A stretch of DNA of 61,775 nt, counting the filler. It is 3 parts of 3 records of this genome, joined end to end, with 100 filler letters (N's around TTAATTAATTAA, not from the genome) between each part and the next. Parts side by side here need not be neighbours in the genome. Positions count along the whole stretch, not along the records: positions 1 to 30,558 come from SRR22947727_1650; 2 more parts are not named here. The stretch is one strand, 5' to 3'. This document shows positions 18,463-28,800 of the stretch, one piece after another (the stretch's first letter is position 1; every line of letters starts with the position of its first letter). Position numbers and translations under genes: made by a program. The notes under the pieces were generated by a model that saw only the letters and a program-made list of their open reading frames with translations, was not told where the DNA came from and ran no database searches.

Positions 18463-20877
18463 ATGTCGATGGACGATATTGAACAGCTTTTGCAAGAGTC
18501 TTCGGACGAGATCATCGAGATCTCGACGGGGCGACCTGATGATGACCTGCCGGAATGGCGGGAGGATTTGCCGGATGTGATTCCGGTGATGCCGCTTCGC
18601 GGGGTGGTGCTTTTTCCGGGAACAGTCGCGCCGCTCACGGTTGAGCGAAAAGCGAGCCAGCAGTTGCTCGAAGAATTGCTCCCAACGGGGCGGCTTCTCG
18701 GCCTCGTCACGCAGAAAAATTCCGAGGAAGAAACACCTCAACCGGATGGCGTTTACAAAGTGGGAGTGCTCGGAAATGTCCTCCGGATGATGCGTCAGGA
18801 TTTGGACACGGTTTTGGTTTTGATCCAAATCGTGGAGCGTGCCAAGTTTACCGAATTTACCGAAGTGGAGCCCTACATGCGGGCGAAGTTTGAGATTCTC
18901 GAAAACCAAATGCCGAAGGACGACAAGGTCTGGGAGGCGTCGATGCGGAATTTCAAGGAATCGGCTACGAGCCTGATTTTGGCGAATCCAAACATCCCGG
19001 ACGAAGCGACCCAAGCGCTGAATTCGATCGATTCGCCATCGGTGTTGACTGATTTTCTCGCGACCAATTTGTCGATCGATCTGCCGCAAAAGCAGGGGCT
19101 TCTCGAAGAAACGAAAGTGGGGAAACGTCTCAAGCGCGTTCAAAAAATCATCAACAATCAGCTTCACATCGCGGAGCTGCAGCAAAAATTGCGGGCCGAG
19201 GTGGAAGAGGAATTTTCCGATGCCCAGCGTCGGGCGTATCTTCGTGAGCAGCTGCGGGCGATTCAAAAGGAACTCGGCGAAGGCGAAGGAACCGAGGAGC
19301 AAGTCGAGGAGTTGCGCGAGCGGCTCGAAGCGGCGGGGCTTTCTGAAGAAGCAATGGGTGTGGCGACGCGCGAGTTGAAACGGCTCGATGTGATTCCGCC
19401 ATCCAGTCCGGAGCATTCTGTCATCACGACGTTTCTCGAAACGTTGGCCGAATTGCCGTGGGATAACCTGAGTGAAGATCACCACGATTTGGATGAGGCT
19501 CAGAAAATTCTCGACCGCGATCACTACGGTTTGGAGAACGTCAAAAAACGGCTCATCGAATATTTGGCTGTTCGGAAACTGAATCCAGAAGGCCGCGGCC
19601 CGATCCTTTGTTTACTGGGGCCTCCCGGCGTTGGTAAAACGAGTCTGGGCCATTCGATTGCTGCTGCCTTGGGGCGTGAATTTGCCCGCATCAGTCTTGG
19701 TGGTATTCGCGATGAATCCGAAATTCGGGGTCATCGCCGAACTTATATTGGAGCGATGCCGGGTCGTTTGATCCAGGAACTTCGTCGCGTGAAGACGCGT
19801 AATCCGATCATCATGCTGGACGAGATCGACAAGATAGGTGCCGATTTTCGCGGCGATCCAGCCAGTGCTTTGCTCGAAGTTCTTGATCCCGCGCAGAACA
19901 ATACGTTTGTCGATCGCTACGTCGATGTGGCGTTCGACCTCAGCCAGGTCATTTTTATCTCGACAGCGAACGCACTCGATCCGATTCCCGGGCCGCTCCG
20001 CGATCGGATGGAAGTCATCACGCTTCCCGGATATACCACCGAGGAAAAAGTCCAAATTGCGAGGCGTTATCAGGTGAAGCGTCAGCTGAAAGAAAACGGT
20101 ATTAAAGCCAATCAGTGCGTCTGGAACATGGCGTCGATCCGCAAAGTGATCGAAGAATACACCCGCGAGGCCGGCGTCCGAAATCTCGAACGCGAGATCG
20201 GAAGTGTCTGTCGCGCGGTCGCTGCTAGAGTGGCAGTTGATCCGAAAACGAAGATCAAAGTCACGCCGGAATTTATCGAAGAAGTTCTCGGGGCGCCTAA
20301 AATTTCCCGCGACGACGCGCTTGATGAAAGCGAACCCGGCGTGGTCAATGGTCTCGCTTACACGCCTTATGGCGGTGAGGTTTTGAATATCGAAGCGATT
20401 CGTTTTGCCGGAAAAAGAAACGTAAAACTCACGGGTCAAATTGGTGATGTGATGAAAGAATCCATGGAAGCCGCTTGGAGTCTCGTTCGCAGTCGCGCTG
20501 AGCAGCTTGAGATCAATCCCGAAGATTTCACCAAATACGACGTTCACGTCCACGTTCCTGCCGGAGCGACTCCCAAAGACGGCCCGTCAGCAGGAATTGC
20601 GATGTTCACAGCATTGGCGTCGCTCTTTGCGAATCGCAAAGTGAACAAAAACATCGCCATGACCGGTGAAGTGACCCTTCGCGGAAAAGTGCTTCCGATT
20701 GGCGGCTTGAAAGAAAAATCGCTCGGTGCCGTTCAGATGGGGATTAAGAAAATTCTCATTCCGATTGGCAACGCGAAAGACATTCCTGAGATTCCAGAAT
20801 CAGCCCGGAAGAAGCTGAAAATCGTTCCCGTTTCGACGGTGGAAGAGGTTTTGAAAGAGGTGCTTTTGAAAAAGTGA
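18463..20877 (+). CDS. lon: ATP-dependent Lon protease
   Basis: LON N-domain PLRGVVLFPG, Walker A GPPGVGKTS, LDEIDK, PKDGPSAG (Ser), PIGGLKEK (Lys). Confidence 0.97.
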   Translation: MSMDDIEQLLQESSDEIIEISTGRPDDDLPEWREDLPDVIPVMPLRGVVLFPGTVAPLTVERKASQQLLEELLPTGRLLGLVTQKNSEEETPQPDGVYKVGVLGNVLRMMRQDLDTVLVLIQIVERAKFTEFTEVEPYMRAKFEILENQMPKDDKVWEASMRNFKESATSLILANPNIPDEATQALNSIDSPSVLTDFLATNLSIDLPQKQGLLEETKVGKRLKRVQKIINNQLHIAELQQKLRAEVEEEFSDAQRRAYLREQLRAIQKELGEGEGTEEQVEELRERLEAAGLSEEAMGVATRELKRLDVIPPSSPEHSVITTFLETLAELPWDNLSEDHHDLDEAQKILDRDHYGLENVKKRLIEYLAVRKLNPEGRGPILCLLGPPGVGKTSLGHSIAAALGREFARISLGGIRDESEIRGHRRTYIGAMPGRLIQELRRVKTRNPIIMLDEIDKIGADFRGDPASALLEVLDPAQNNTFVDRYVDVAFDLSQVIFISTANALDPIPGPLRDRMEVITLPGYTTEEKVQIARRYQVKRQLKENGIKANQCVWNMASIRKVIEEYTREAGVRNLEREIGSVCRAVAARVAVDPKTKIKVTPEFIEEVLGAPKISRDDALDESEPGVVNGLAYTPYGGEVLNIEAIRFAGKRNVKLTGQIGDVMKESMEAAWSLVRSRAEQLEINPEDFTKYDVHVHVPAGATPKDGPSAGIAMFTALASLFANRKVNKNIAMTGEVTLRGKVLPIGGLKEKSLGAVQMGIKKILIPIGNAKDIPEIPESARKKLKIVPVSTVEEVLKEVLLKK

Positions 20878-20889
20878 TTTGGTCCCTGA

Positions 20890-21294
20890 ATGACAAAATC
20901 TGAAAACCTAGGGAAGTCCAATCACCGCCGAAGCGGGAATGTTTTGGCGCTCGTCGGCTTGTTGATTTTGACTGCTTCAACAGTGCTACTTTCCCTTTCG
21001 GTTAGGGCATTGTTCATCAAATACTATTCCGCTGGAGATATTTCGGAAACTGAGAACCGGTTGGAACTGTCTAATTTTTATCCAGTCGGCGGTTTAGCCC
21101 TCCTTTGGATAATTGGAACCGCAATTGTGTACGTAGTTTTGTTGCGATATCGAAATCGACAGCGCTGGTTTTTCTACTCCTCAATTTTAGCCGGAATTTT
21201 TACGAGCGTTGTTTTCTTTCCCACCGGAATCATTGGCGGGATGATCGTTGTTTTCCCGTTTCTACTGAAGCGCGATCAATTTAATTCTTTCTAA
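20890..21294 (+). CDS. Hypothetical membrane protein
   Basis: 134 aa, 3-4 hydrophobic segments, starts 12 bp after lon. Confidence 0.65.
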   Translation: MTKSENLGKSNHRRSGNVLALVGLLILTASTVLLSLSVRALFIKYYSAGDISETENRLELSNFYPVGGLALLWIIGTAIVYVVLLRYRNRQRWFFYSSILAGIFTSVVFFPTGIIGGMIVVFPFLLKRDQFNSF

Positions 21295-21305
21295 ACGCCA
21301 GGTCT

Positions 21306-22598
21306 TTACTTCGCCAAACTCACACAAACTAACTCACGATCATTCCGCACAAACACACAGCGATTGGCGAACGCGGGTGGTGACCACATCACGGCTCCGT
21401 TTTTGCGTTGTTTCAATTCAGTGGTCGGCTCGATGATCGTCGCGCGGCTGATCTCGTTGTAGCCCTGTGGCGTGAGCTTCGCCAAAATCAGTTCACCTTG
21501 TTCATTCACCATCCAGGTGTTCTTGCCGTTCTGAACCATAAAAATGGTCGACCAGCGTCCCGGTAGGGTAGCGTTCAAATCTTCCCAGACACGATCGCCT
21601 TTGGTCATTTCAAGGCTACGCATTTGGCCGTAGCTATCGATTCCGTAGATGTTTTCACCACGAATAAACGGCGGACTGATCATGCAATGCAGTGCATCGG
21701 TTTTGCGTTCGTTGATGCCCTGACGATGCCACAATTCTTTGGCATTAAGCGCTGTTTGGTCGATTTCAAGCAAGCGGGAGCCGTCGTAAAACACACTCAA
21801 AAACATCTTGGTTCCGTCAGCACTGAGAGCTGGTCCCGGAACGTTGATTGGCATTTTGGTCGGCTTGGTTGGCACTTCCCAGAACACCTCGCCCGTCGCT
21901 GCATTCATTCCTGCGATTCGTTCGCCGGTCCAAGCAACGAGCAAGCGCTTGCCAGCCTGCTCGATCATGATAGGCGACACGTAGGATCCTTTATCCTCAA
22001 AAGCCCGCCATTTTTCAGTGCCGGTTTTTCGATCAAATGCAATCACGCAAGCTCCCTCGGAACCTGCTGACGCCTGGACAATCACTTGATCTCCCTCAAC
22101 CAGCGGAGAATTGGTCAGCCCCCAAATCGGGAGGTCGACCTTGTAATCAACCATCAACTCTTTCGCCCAAATCACCGCGCCAGTTTTTGCATCGAGGCAA
22201 TGCAAATTCCCCATTGTTCCCATCGCAAACGCATGACCGCCCGAAATCGTGACGCTCCCGCGAGGCCCGTAGCCATATCCCACCTGACCGTATACGCAGT
22301 CATAAGAATGGATCCACTTCTCGGCCCCAGTTTCGAGATCGACACAGACAATCCGTTCGTGACTTTGATCCGGGCGATCCATCACATAAACAGCGCCTTC
22401 TGCCACCGTTGGGCCACTGTATCCCGCAGCGACCGGAGCCGACCATTTCCGTTTCAAATCAGATGCCTCAAACGATTCGAGAATGCCCGTTTCCGTCCAG
22501 ACATTCTGACGGCCGGCGCCTTGGAATTCAGGCCAGTCGGCGGCGTGCAAGATTCCGACGCTTGCAAGTAGTCCGAGGATGAGTTGCGATTTTTTCAT
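21306..22598 (-). CDS. PQQ-binding-like beta-propeller protein (PVC-expanded family)
   Basis: Signal peptide then ADWPEFQG, GYSGPTV, repeated D..TG...W motifs, C-terminal PAFAN..VFVRNDRELVCV. Confidence 0.88.
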   Translation of the reverse strand: MKKSQLILGLLASVGILHAADWPEFQGAGRQNVWTETGILESFEASDLKRKWSAPVAAGYSGPTVAEGAVYVMDRPDQSHERIVCVDLETGAEKWIHSYDCVYGQVGYGYGPRGSVTISGGHAFAMGTMGNLHCLDAKTGAVIWAKELMVDYKVDLPIWGLTNSPLVEGDQVIVQASAGSEGACVIAFDRKTGTEKWRAFEDKGSYVSPIMIEQAGKRLLVAWTGERIAGMNAATGEVFWEVPTKPTKMPINVPGPALSADGTKMFLSVFYDGSRLLEIDQTALNAKELWHRQGINERKTDALHCMISPPFIRGENIYGIDSYGQMRSLEMTKGDRVWEDLNATLPGRWSTIFMVQNGKNTWMVNEQGELILAKLTPQGYNEISRATIIEPTTELKQRKNGAVMWSPPAFANRCVFVRNDRELVCVSLAK

Positions 22599-22613
22599 GT
22601 TTTTTACAGGTAT

Positions 22614-23531
22614 TTAAACTTCGGTCTCATTGTGAAATCGATTCCAAAGGCATGAGAAAAAGCGTTCCGGACCCAGGCCCATCGGCAATCCAGAAACGCC
22701 CCCGTCACCTACTTCGACAATTTTCCACGTTCCGTCTTTGAGATAAGCGACATCGATTGTCATAAAAGCTGATTTAAAACGACTGGCAATTTCTTCCCAA
22801 CGCTCACGTTCATCCAGAGGTGACGGCGATTTACCTTCGGGGAGCACCAAAATTTTACCCCACCAGAAAAACAGCCGGGTTTCCTCGATGATCGGAAGTC
22901 CACTGATATCGCTGCCGCGCTCGACAATCGGCATGAATTCTCGGAGGACCACTCCTCGATTGAATAGCTTGCTTCGTTCGTTTCTAAAGACTTTGAAGAT
23001 CTCTTCAAATCGCTCTTTACTCGTTTGGGCGGGAATGAAACACCCGTCCTTCCAGCGACTTTTAGCAGATTTTACCCAGTCTTTGATGATTGCGTCCTGC
23101 GCTCTGAAATCGTTGTACAATTTCCACGCTGCATCAACATCGTCACCTTCGATCCAGCCGCTGCGGGGCGTATGGCCTTCGGTGTGGCGATAAGCAAACG
23201 GGATATAATGCGCTTCTTCGTAGGCTTCGGGAGAGACTTCCGGTCGATAGCCTTTCGTGTGTAATGCCTCGAAGCCAGCTTTGTAAATCTCTCCTGGAAT
23301 CATCCAGCCCCGAAAAATCAGGCGTTGTTCAGTCTTCGATTCTGGAAGCATTCGAAACGCTTCGGCGGTATTTCCGTTTTCAAGAGCTTCGTGATCGTAG
23401 AATGCCGTTGGCAACCCAATTACCCGAGCCGCCTCGTATTCTCCCGCCAATGCCGAATCAGCAATCGAGGGTTCGAACGGCTGATGAGGAAATAATATGA
23501 GGAGTGGTTCCATCAATAAAATCGAACTCAC
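22614..23531 (-). CDS. ATP-grasp domain protein, R2K-like clade
   Basis: FRGWM, IIKDWVKSAK..W...CFIP, VVLREF, E.RLFF, TIDVA....WKIVEVGDGGVSGLP; GTG start overlaps upstream stop (alternative ATG at 23513). Confidence 0.75.
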   Translation of the reverse strand: MSSILLMEPLLILFPHQPFEPSIADSALAGEYEAARVIGLPTAFYDHEALENGNTAEAFRMLPESKTEQRLIFRGWMIPGEIYKAGFEALHTKGYRPEVSPEAYEEAHYIPFAYRHTEGHTPRSGWIEGDDVDAAWKLYNDFRAQDAIIKDWVKSAKSRWKDGCFIPAQTSKERFEEIFKVFRNERSKLFNRGVVLREFMPIVERGSDISGLPIIEETRLFFWWGKILVLPEGKSPSPLDERERWEEIASRFKSAFMTIDVAYLKDGTWKIVEVGDGGVSGLPMGLGPERFFSCLWNRFHNETEV

Positions 23532-24499
23532 TCAGCAGCCGCAACCGCCGCCTTCATCTTCTCAAGGCCGAGCTTCGCGCATTCCAGAGCATCCATCGTC
23601 CAGTATTCCTTGTTGAAAACCTCAAGGCTCAAAACGGGATACGCGCCGACGGATTTGAAATTATTCAGGATATCATTCATCGGGGCGATTCCATCACCCG
23701 GCCACACGCGGTGGCTGTCATTGATCGTTTCACGCGGCGGATCCGCCGGATAATCGTTCATGTGATAGGTCTGCAACGCACCCGGTCCGAGCAGCTTGAT
23801 AGACTCAAACGAGCAACCGCCTTTGTAGGTGTGGTAGACGTCGCCGAGGAAACAGGCCTTCGGATGATTTGATGCAATCGCAACGTAGAGGGCTTTTTCG
23901 ACCGTGCCGATAATTGGGTGACCTCCCCACATTTCGACCTGTGGAGTCACTCCCATTTCATCGCCGAGCTCGAGTAACGCCCGATAGCGAGCGCCCAACT
24001 CATCAAGCGTCACAGGATCATCTTTGCTGATACCGGCTGGTGGCGCTGCGATTCGAATGCCGCCGAGCTGCGCGATCGTATCCATATCACGCTTGGCTTC
24101 TTCCATGCCTTTGGCGCGTTTCTCATCATCGCTGGTTCCCCAGGCTGCGAAACCAATGGCACTGGTTACCTTCAAGCCGTGATCATCGATCCGCTTTTTT
24201 AAATCCGACAACTTTCCGCCAGCTTCAACCCACGGATTGATCTTGCGGAACCATGGCTCAATCGCTTCGTAGCCTGCCTTCCCCGCGATTTCGATTTCCT
24301 GATCCGGATCCAATTCCTGGCCTCGAATTGTCGACATATTCAAACCCAGCATGAAGCGCTTCTTCTCCCCTTTTTCGTGGTGATCCGCTTTCGCAATTTG
24401 CGAACCCAGCGCCAATCCACCAGCCGCTATGCCAGCCGCAGCCGTGAGAAGCGAACGGCGATCCGTTGAAAAATCAGAGTCAGAGAAATCTTTTTGCAT
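23528..24499 (-). CDS. Tat-exported sugar phosphate isomerase/epimerase (xylose isomerase-like TIM barrel)
   Basis: TDRRSLL twin-arginine leader, AGYEAIEPW, DVYH, HMND, RVWPGDG, SLEVFN. Confidence 0.88.
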   Translation of the reverse strand: MQKDFSDSDFSTDRRSLLTAAAGIAAGGLALGSQIAKADHHEKGEKKRFMLGLNMSTIRGQELDPDQEIEIAGKAGYEAIEPWFRKINPWVEAGGKLSDLKKRIDDHGLKVTSAIGFAAWGTSDDEKRAKGMEEAKRDMDTIAQLGGIRIAAPPAGISKDDPVTLDELGARYRALLELGDEMGVTPQVEMWGGHPIIGTVEKALYVAIASNHPKACFLGDVYHTYKGGCSFESIKLLGPGALQTYHMNDYPADPPRETINDSHRVWPGDGIAPMNDILNNFKSVGAYPVLSLEVFNKEYWTMDALECAKLGLEKMKAAVAAAE

Positions 24500-24572
24500 G
24501 CGTTTGTTTTGCCACGAAATCCCGAAACGATCAAGCCCACCGTTTGGCACGAACGTGAGGGCTTTCTTCGAA

Positions 24573-25676
24573 TTACAGCTCCATCGGAAAATCGGAAAGC
24601 TGCTCGAGCCCGTTTTCGGTGATCCAGAAATTATTTTCCAAACGAATACCGCCGTTCAATTCATCACTATAAAGTCCCGGCTCAACCGCAACGACATCGC
24701 CGATTTCAAACGTGTCGTTCCAGCCGGGATTGATCCGTGGAACCTCGTGCGCGTCGAGCCCGATTCCGTGGCCGAGATGATGAAAAAACGCGCAGCCGTT
24801 CCAGCCATCGAGCATGGCTTCGACTTCGCGAAAAACCTCCGTGCAACTCACTCCCGGAGCGATGCGTGATTTCGCGTGAGCCATCGCCTCCATGACGCGG
24901 GCATGAGCTTCTAGTTGCACATTGGTCGGACTTCGATCGATCGAAAATGTGCGGCACAAATCACTGCGATAGCCGCGCACGCCAATTCCCACATCGAGAC
25001 AAATCAACTGACCGCTTTCGACCGCACGCCGTTCGGCGAAACCTCCAGGGCAGCCCGCTTTGTAATCCTGACCGAATCCGGATAAAATTTCGCCAGCCGC
25101 GCGTTCTGCCGCTCCGCGCATCGTGCTCATGATATCGATTTCGGAGACACCCGGCTGGATGAATTCGCGTCCGGCGGCGTAGGCTTTATCGGCGCAATCG
25201 ATCGTGAATTTGAGGGCATCAATTTCGTCCTGATCCTTTGAACGGCGGAGATGCTGGTATTCGATCGAAATATCGCGACAAGTCGGGCCTTCGACCAAAG
25301 CTGCGGGAGTCGTCCAATCAACCCCGATAGTTTTTGCTCCCGTCAGAACGGGGTTCATGACTTCCATCACACAGGCCGACTGATTTTCCCGAAGGGTAAA
25401 TAGATCATTCGGCTTGTAATTCAAAACCTGATCCGCAGCCGGTGCGACGGGCGTTTCATCGTGCGAAGCGATCACGATATCCCCTTCAACCGGAACCCAA
25501 ACGGCGGTTTCCGTGAGCGGCTGGGCGTGCCAATAGCCTGTCAGCGTGTAGACGTAAAATCGATTCCAGAAAAATGCCCCGTCCAGTTCCAGAGAACGAC
25601 ACAGCGATCTCAACTTTTCCTGACGTTCGCGGCAGGAGCCTGGATTGAGGGGTGGTGGAGTTCCGTGATCGGTCAT
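24573..25676 (-). CDS. M24 family Xaa-Pro aminopeptidase
   Basis: LDVG...GYRSDLCRT, HHLGHGIGLDAHE, VEPGLY, GGIRLEN metal ligands. Confidence 0.92.
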   Translation of the reverse strand: MTDHGTPPPLNPGSCRERQEKLRSLCRSLELDGAFFWNRFYVYTLTGYWHAQPLTETAVWVPVEGDIVIASHDETPVAPAADQVLNYKPNDLFTLRENQSACVMEVMNPVLTGAKTIGVDWTTPAALVEGPTCRDISIEYQHLRRSKDQDEIDALKFTIDCADKAYAAGREFIQPGVSEIDIMSTMRGAAERAAGEILSGFGQDYKAGCPGGFAERRAVESGQLICLDVGIGVRGYRSDLCRTFSIDRSPTNVQLEAHARVMEAMAHAKSRIAPGVSCTEVFREVEAMLDGWNGCAFFHHLGHGIGLDAHEVPRINPGWNDTFEIGDVVAVEPGLYSDELNGGIRLENNFWITENGLEQLSDFPMEL

Positions 25677-25701
25677 GCCTGACTTTTAACGGAAAATGTT
25701 T

Positions 25702-25780
25702 CACGAATCAATAGGGTTGGTTCAACGAACGCATACTATTGCTTCGAAACGGCTTTTCGAACAGACCCTCTTGGTTCGTG
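25702..25780 (+). repeat. Palindromic element copy 3, with a duplicated right arm
   Basis: CACGAATCAATAGGGT-TG-GTTCAACGAAC-GC-ATACTATTGCTTCGAA, then 10 bp and a second right half GAAC-AG-ACCCTCTTGGTTCGTG. Confidence 0.85.
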
Positions 25781-25883
25781 GAACTGGGATTTCGCGTCCG
25801 ATACAAACTTGGCGCGTTTAGATGAAAATCCAACTTTTCCGATTGAGCAGGTCGTTTATAGTACGCACTCGAAAAAATTCTCC

Positions 25884-28800
25884 ATGGAAAACGCATCTGA
25901 CTCACCTACAAAATTGATGGTCGTGAATCGCGGCGAAATCGCGATTCGAATTTTCCGCGCCGCTACGGAGCTTGGGCTGCGAACGGTTGCAATTTACGCG
26001 GATGAAGACCGGTTTTCGCGCCACCGTTTCAAAGCGGATGAAGCTTATCTTTTGCGGAAAGAAAAAGGACCGGTTGGGGCGTATTTGGATATCGAAGGAA
26101 TCGTTCAACTGGCTGTTGATAAGGGAGTCACCCTGATTCACCCCGGGTATGGTTTCCTTTCAGAGAATGCAGAATTCGCCAAAGCTTGCGGCGACGCGGG
26201 AATCAATTTTATCGGGCCTGATTACGAGATGCTCGGTTCGATGGGTGACAAAGTTTCGGCGAGGGCGCTTGCGAAAAAAGTCGGTGTGCCGGTTCTGCCG
26301 GGTACGGAAGAACCCGTAGAAAATCGCGCGGTTGCACTGAAGACAGCCAAAGAAATTGGCTTTCCGCTGATCATCAAAGCTGCTTTCGGCGGTGGCGGGC
26401 GCGGAATGCGGGTTGTGAACAAAGAAGAAGATCTCGATTCTTCGGTTACCGAGGCACAAAACGAAGCGGAAAATGCTTTCGGAAACGCGTCTGTTTTCAT
26501 GGAGCGTTTTGTGGGACGTGCAAAGCACATTGAAGTCCAGATCCTCGGCGATCGTCATGGCAACATGGTTCACCTGCATGAGCGGGATTGTTCGATTCAG
26601 CGTCGTCACCAGAAAGTAGTCGAGCTCGCGCCATCGGTTGATTTGGATGAAACCGTTCGGAAAGAGCTTTGCGATGCGGCGGTTAAGATTGCGAAAGCGA
26701 TCGATTATTCGAATGCGGGAACGGTCGAGTTTCTCTACGACATGGATTCGAACGAGTGGTTTTTCATTGAGATGAACCCGCGGATTCAAGTTGAGCACAC
26801 CGTGACGGAAATGATCACTGGGGTGGATTTGGTTCGCTCGCAAATTTTGATTGCTCAAGGGCACGAACTCCACGTCAAGGAAGTGGCGATTCCGGCGCAG
26901 GACGCGATTCCGCGCAACGGTTTCGCGGTGCAGGCTCGGATCACCACGGAAGATCCTGAGAACAATTTCGCGCCGGATTATGGTCGAATCATGAACTACC
27001 GCTCGGCTGCAGGCCTCGGGATTCGTCTCGATGCGGGCGCCGGTGATGCGGGTTCAATCATTACGCCGTATTACGATTCGATGTTGGTTAAGCTGACGGC
27101 GTTCGGTCCAACGTTCGAGATCGCTTTGCAGCGGATGGATCGTGCGCTGCGCGAATTCCGAATTCGCGGGGTAAAAACGAACATTCCTTTCATCGAAAAC
27201 GTGATCGCTGATCCGACTTTCCGGTCGGGCAAGGCGACGACTCGTTTGATCGATACCAATGCTGATCTATTCAAATTTACGCCACGTCGTGACCGAGCGA
27301 CCAAGATCCTGAATTATCTCAGCGACATCACAGTAAATGGAAATTCGACTGCAAAAGGCTACAAGCCAAAGGCGATCATAACGCCGGCGCGCCTTCCGAA
27401 AAATGAGCCAAAAGCCAAAAAGCCGGACGGTTCGCGTGACAAGTTGCTCGCGCTTGGGCCTGAAAAATTCGCCGAGTGGATTCGCGATGAAAAGCGTCTT
27501 CTTGTAACGGACACCACGATGCGTGACGCCCACCAATCGCTCATTGCGACGCGGATGCGGACGAAGGACATGCTTGAGATTGCGAGCATCATCGCCCAGC
27601 GCACGCCGGAACTTTTTAGTCTCGAAATGTGGGGCGGTGCGACGTTTGATTCTGCGATGCGTTTCCTTTCAGAATGTCCATGGGAGCGACTTGCGGAATT
27701 GCGTCAGCGCGTTCCAAACATCTGTTTCCAAATGCTTTTCCGTGGATCAAACGCGGTGGGTTACTCGAACTATCCCGACAATGTCGTGGCTGGTTTTGTG
27801 AAACACGCAGCGGATTCCGGCATGGATATTTTTCGGATTTTCGATTCGTTGAACTACCTGCCGAACATGAAAGTCGCGATGGAAGCGGCTCGCGACCACG
27901 GCAAAGTTGTCTGTGAAGCAGCGATTTGTTACACCGGAAATATTACTGACCCGAAGCGCGATAAGTATTCGCTGAAATACTATGTCGAAAAGGCCAAGGA
28001 GCTCGAAAAAATGGGCGCGCACATTTTGTGCATCAAAGACATGGCCGGTTTGGTTCGCCCGAAGGCCGCAACCAAGCTGGTTTCAGCGCTTCGCGATGAG
28101 ATCGGAATTCCGATTCACTTTCACACGCATGATAGCTCAGGCATCAACGCGGCTTCCGTTCTCACTGCAAGCGATGCCGGCGTCGACATCGTCGATTTGG
28201 CGATTTCCTCGATGAGTGGTTCGACCAGTCAGCCGAATATGAACTCGGTCGTAGCAGCGCTCGATGGCCACGAACGCGACACGGGGCTCGACGGAGACGC
28301 ACTTCAAGAATATGCAGATTATTGGGAACAAGTTCTCGGATTTTACACCCCGTTCGACACGAGCCCGCGTTCAGGAACGGCTGAGGTTTACACCCACGAA
28401 ATGCCCGGTGGTCAGTTCACGAACTTGAAAGAGCAGGCAAATGGAATGGGACTCGGTCATCGCTGGCCAGAGATCGCCAAGTGCTACGCCGAGGTGAATG
28501 ACCTTTTTGGTGACATCATCAAAGTGACTCCGAGCTCGAAAGTGGTTGGAGACATGGCGATGTTCTTGATCACTCGCGGGATCGCGCCGGCGGATGTTCC
28601 TGCGCTGGAGCCCGGCTCAGTGGATTTCCCGGAATCGGTCATCGATATGCTGTGGGGTGGCCTCGGTCAGCCTGACGGCGGTTGGCCCGTGGATGTTCAG
28701 AAAGTCGTTCTGGGAAATAAAGAGCCGACCACGAAACGTCCAGGTGAACTCGCCGATCCAGTCGACTTGGAAGCGACGCGAGTTGAGCTATCGAAAACGT

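Noticed and set aside
18454-20553. Long antisense ORFs opposite lon (356 and 313 aa) and similar shadows opposite other genes
   Set aside because: Fully overlap well-supported genes, have no motifs and are expected from codon bias
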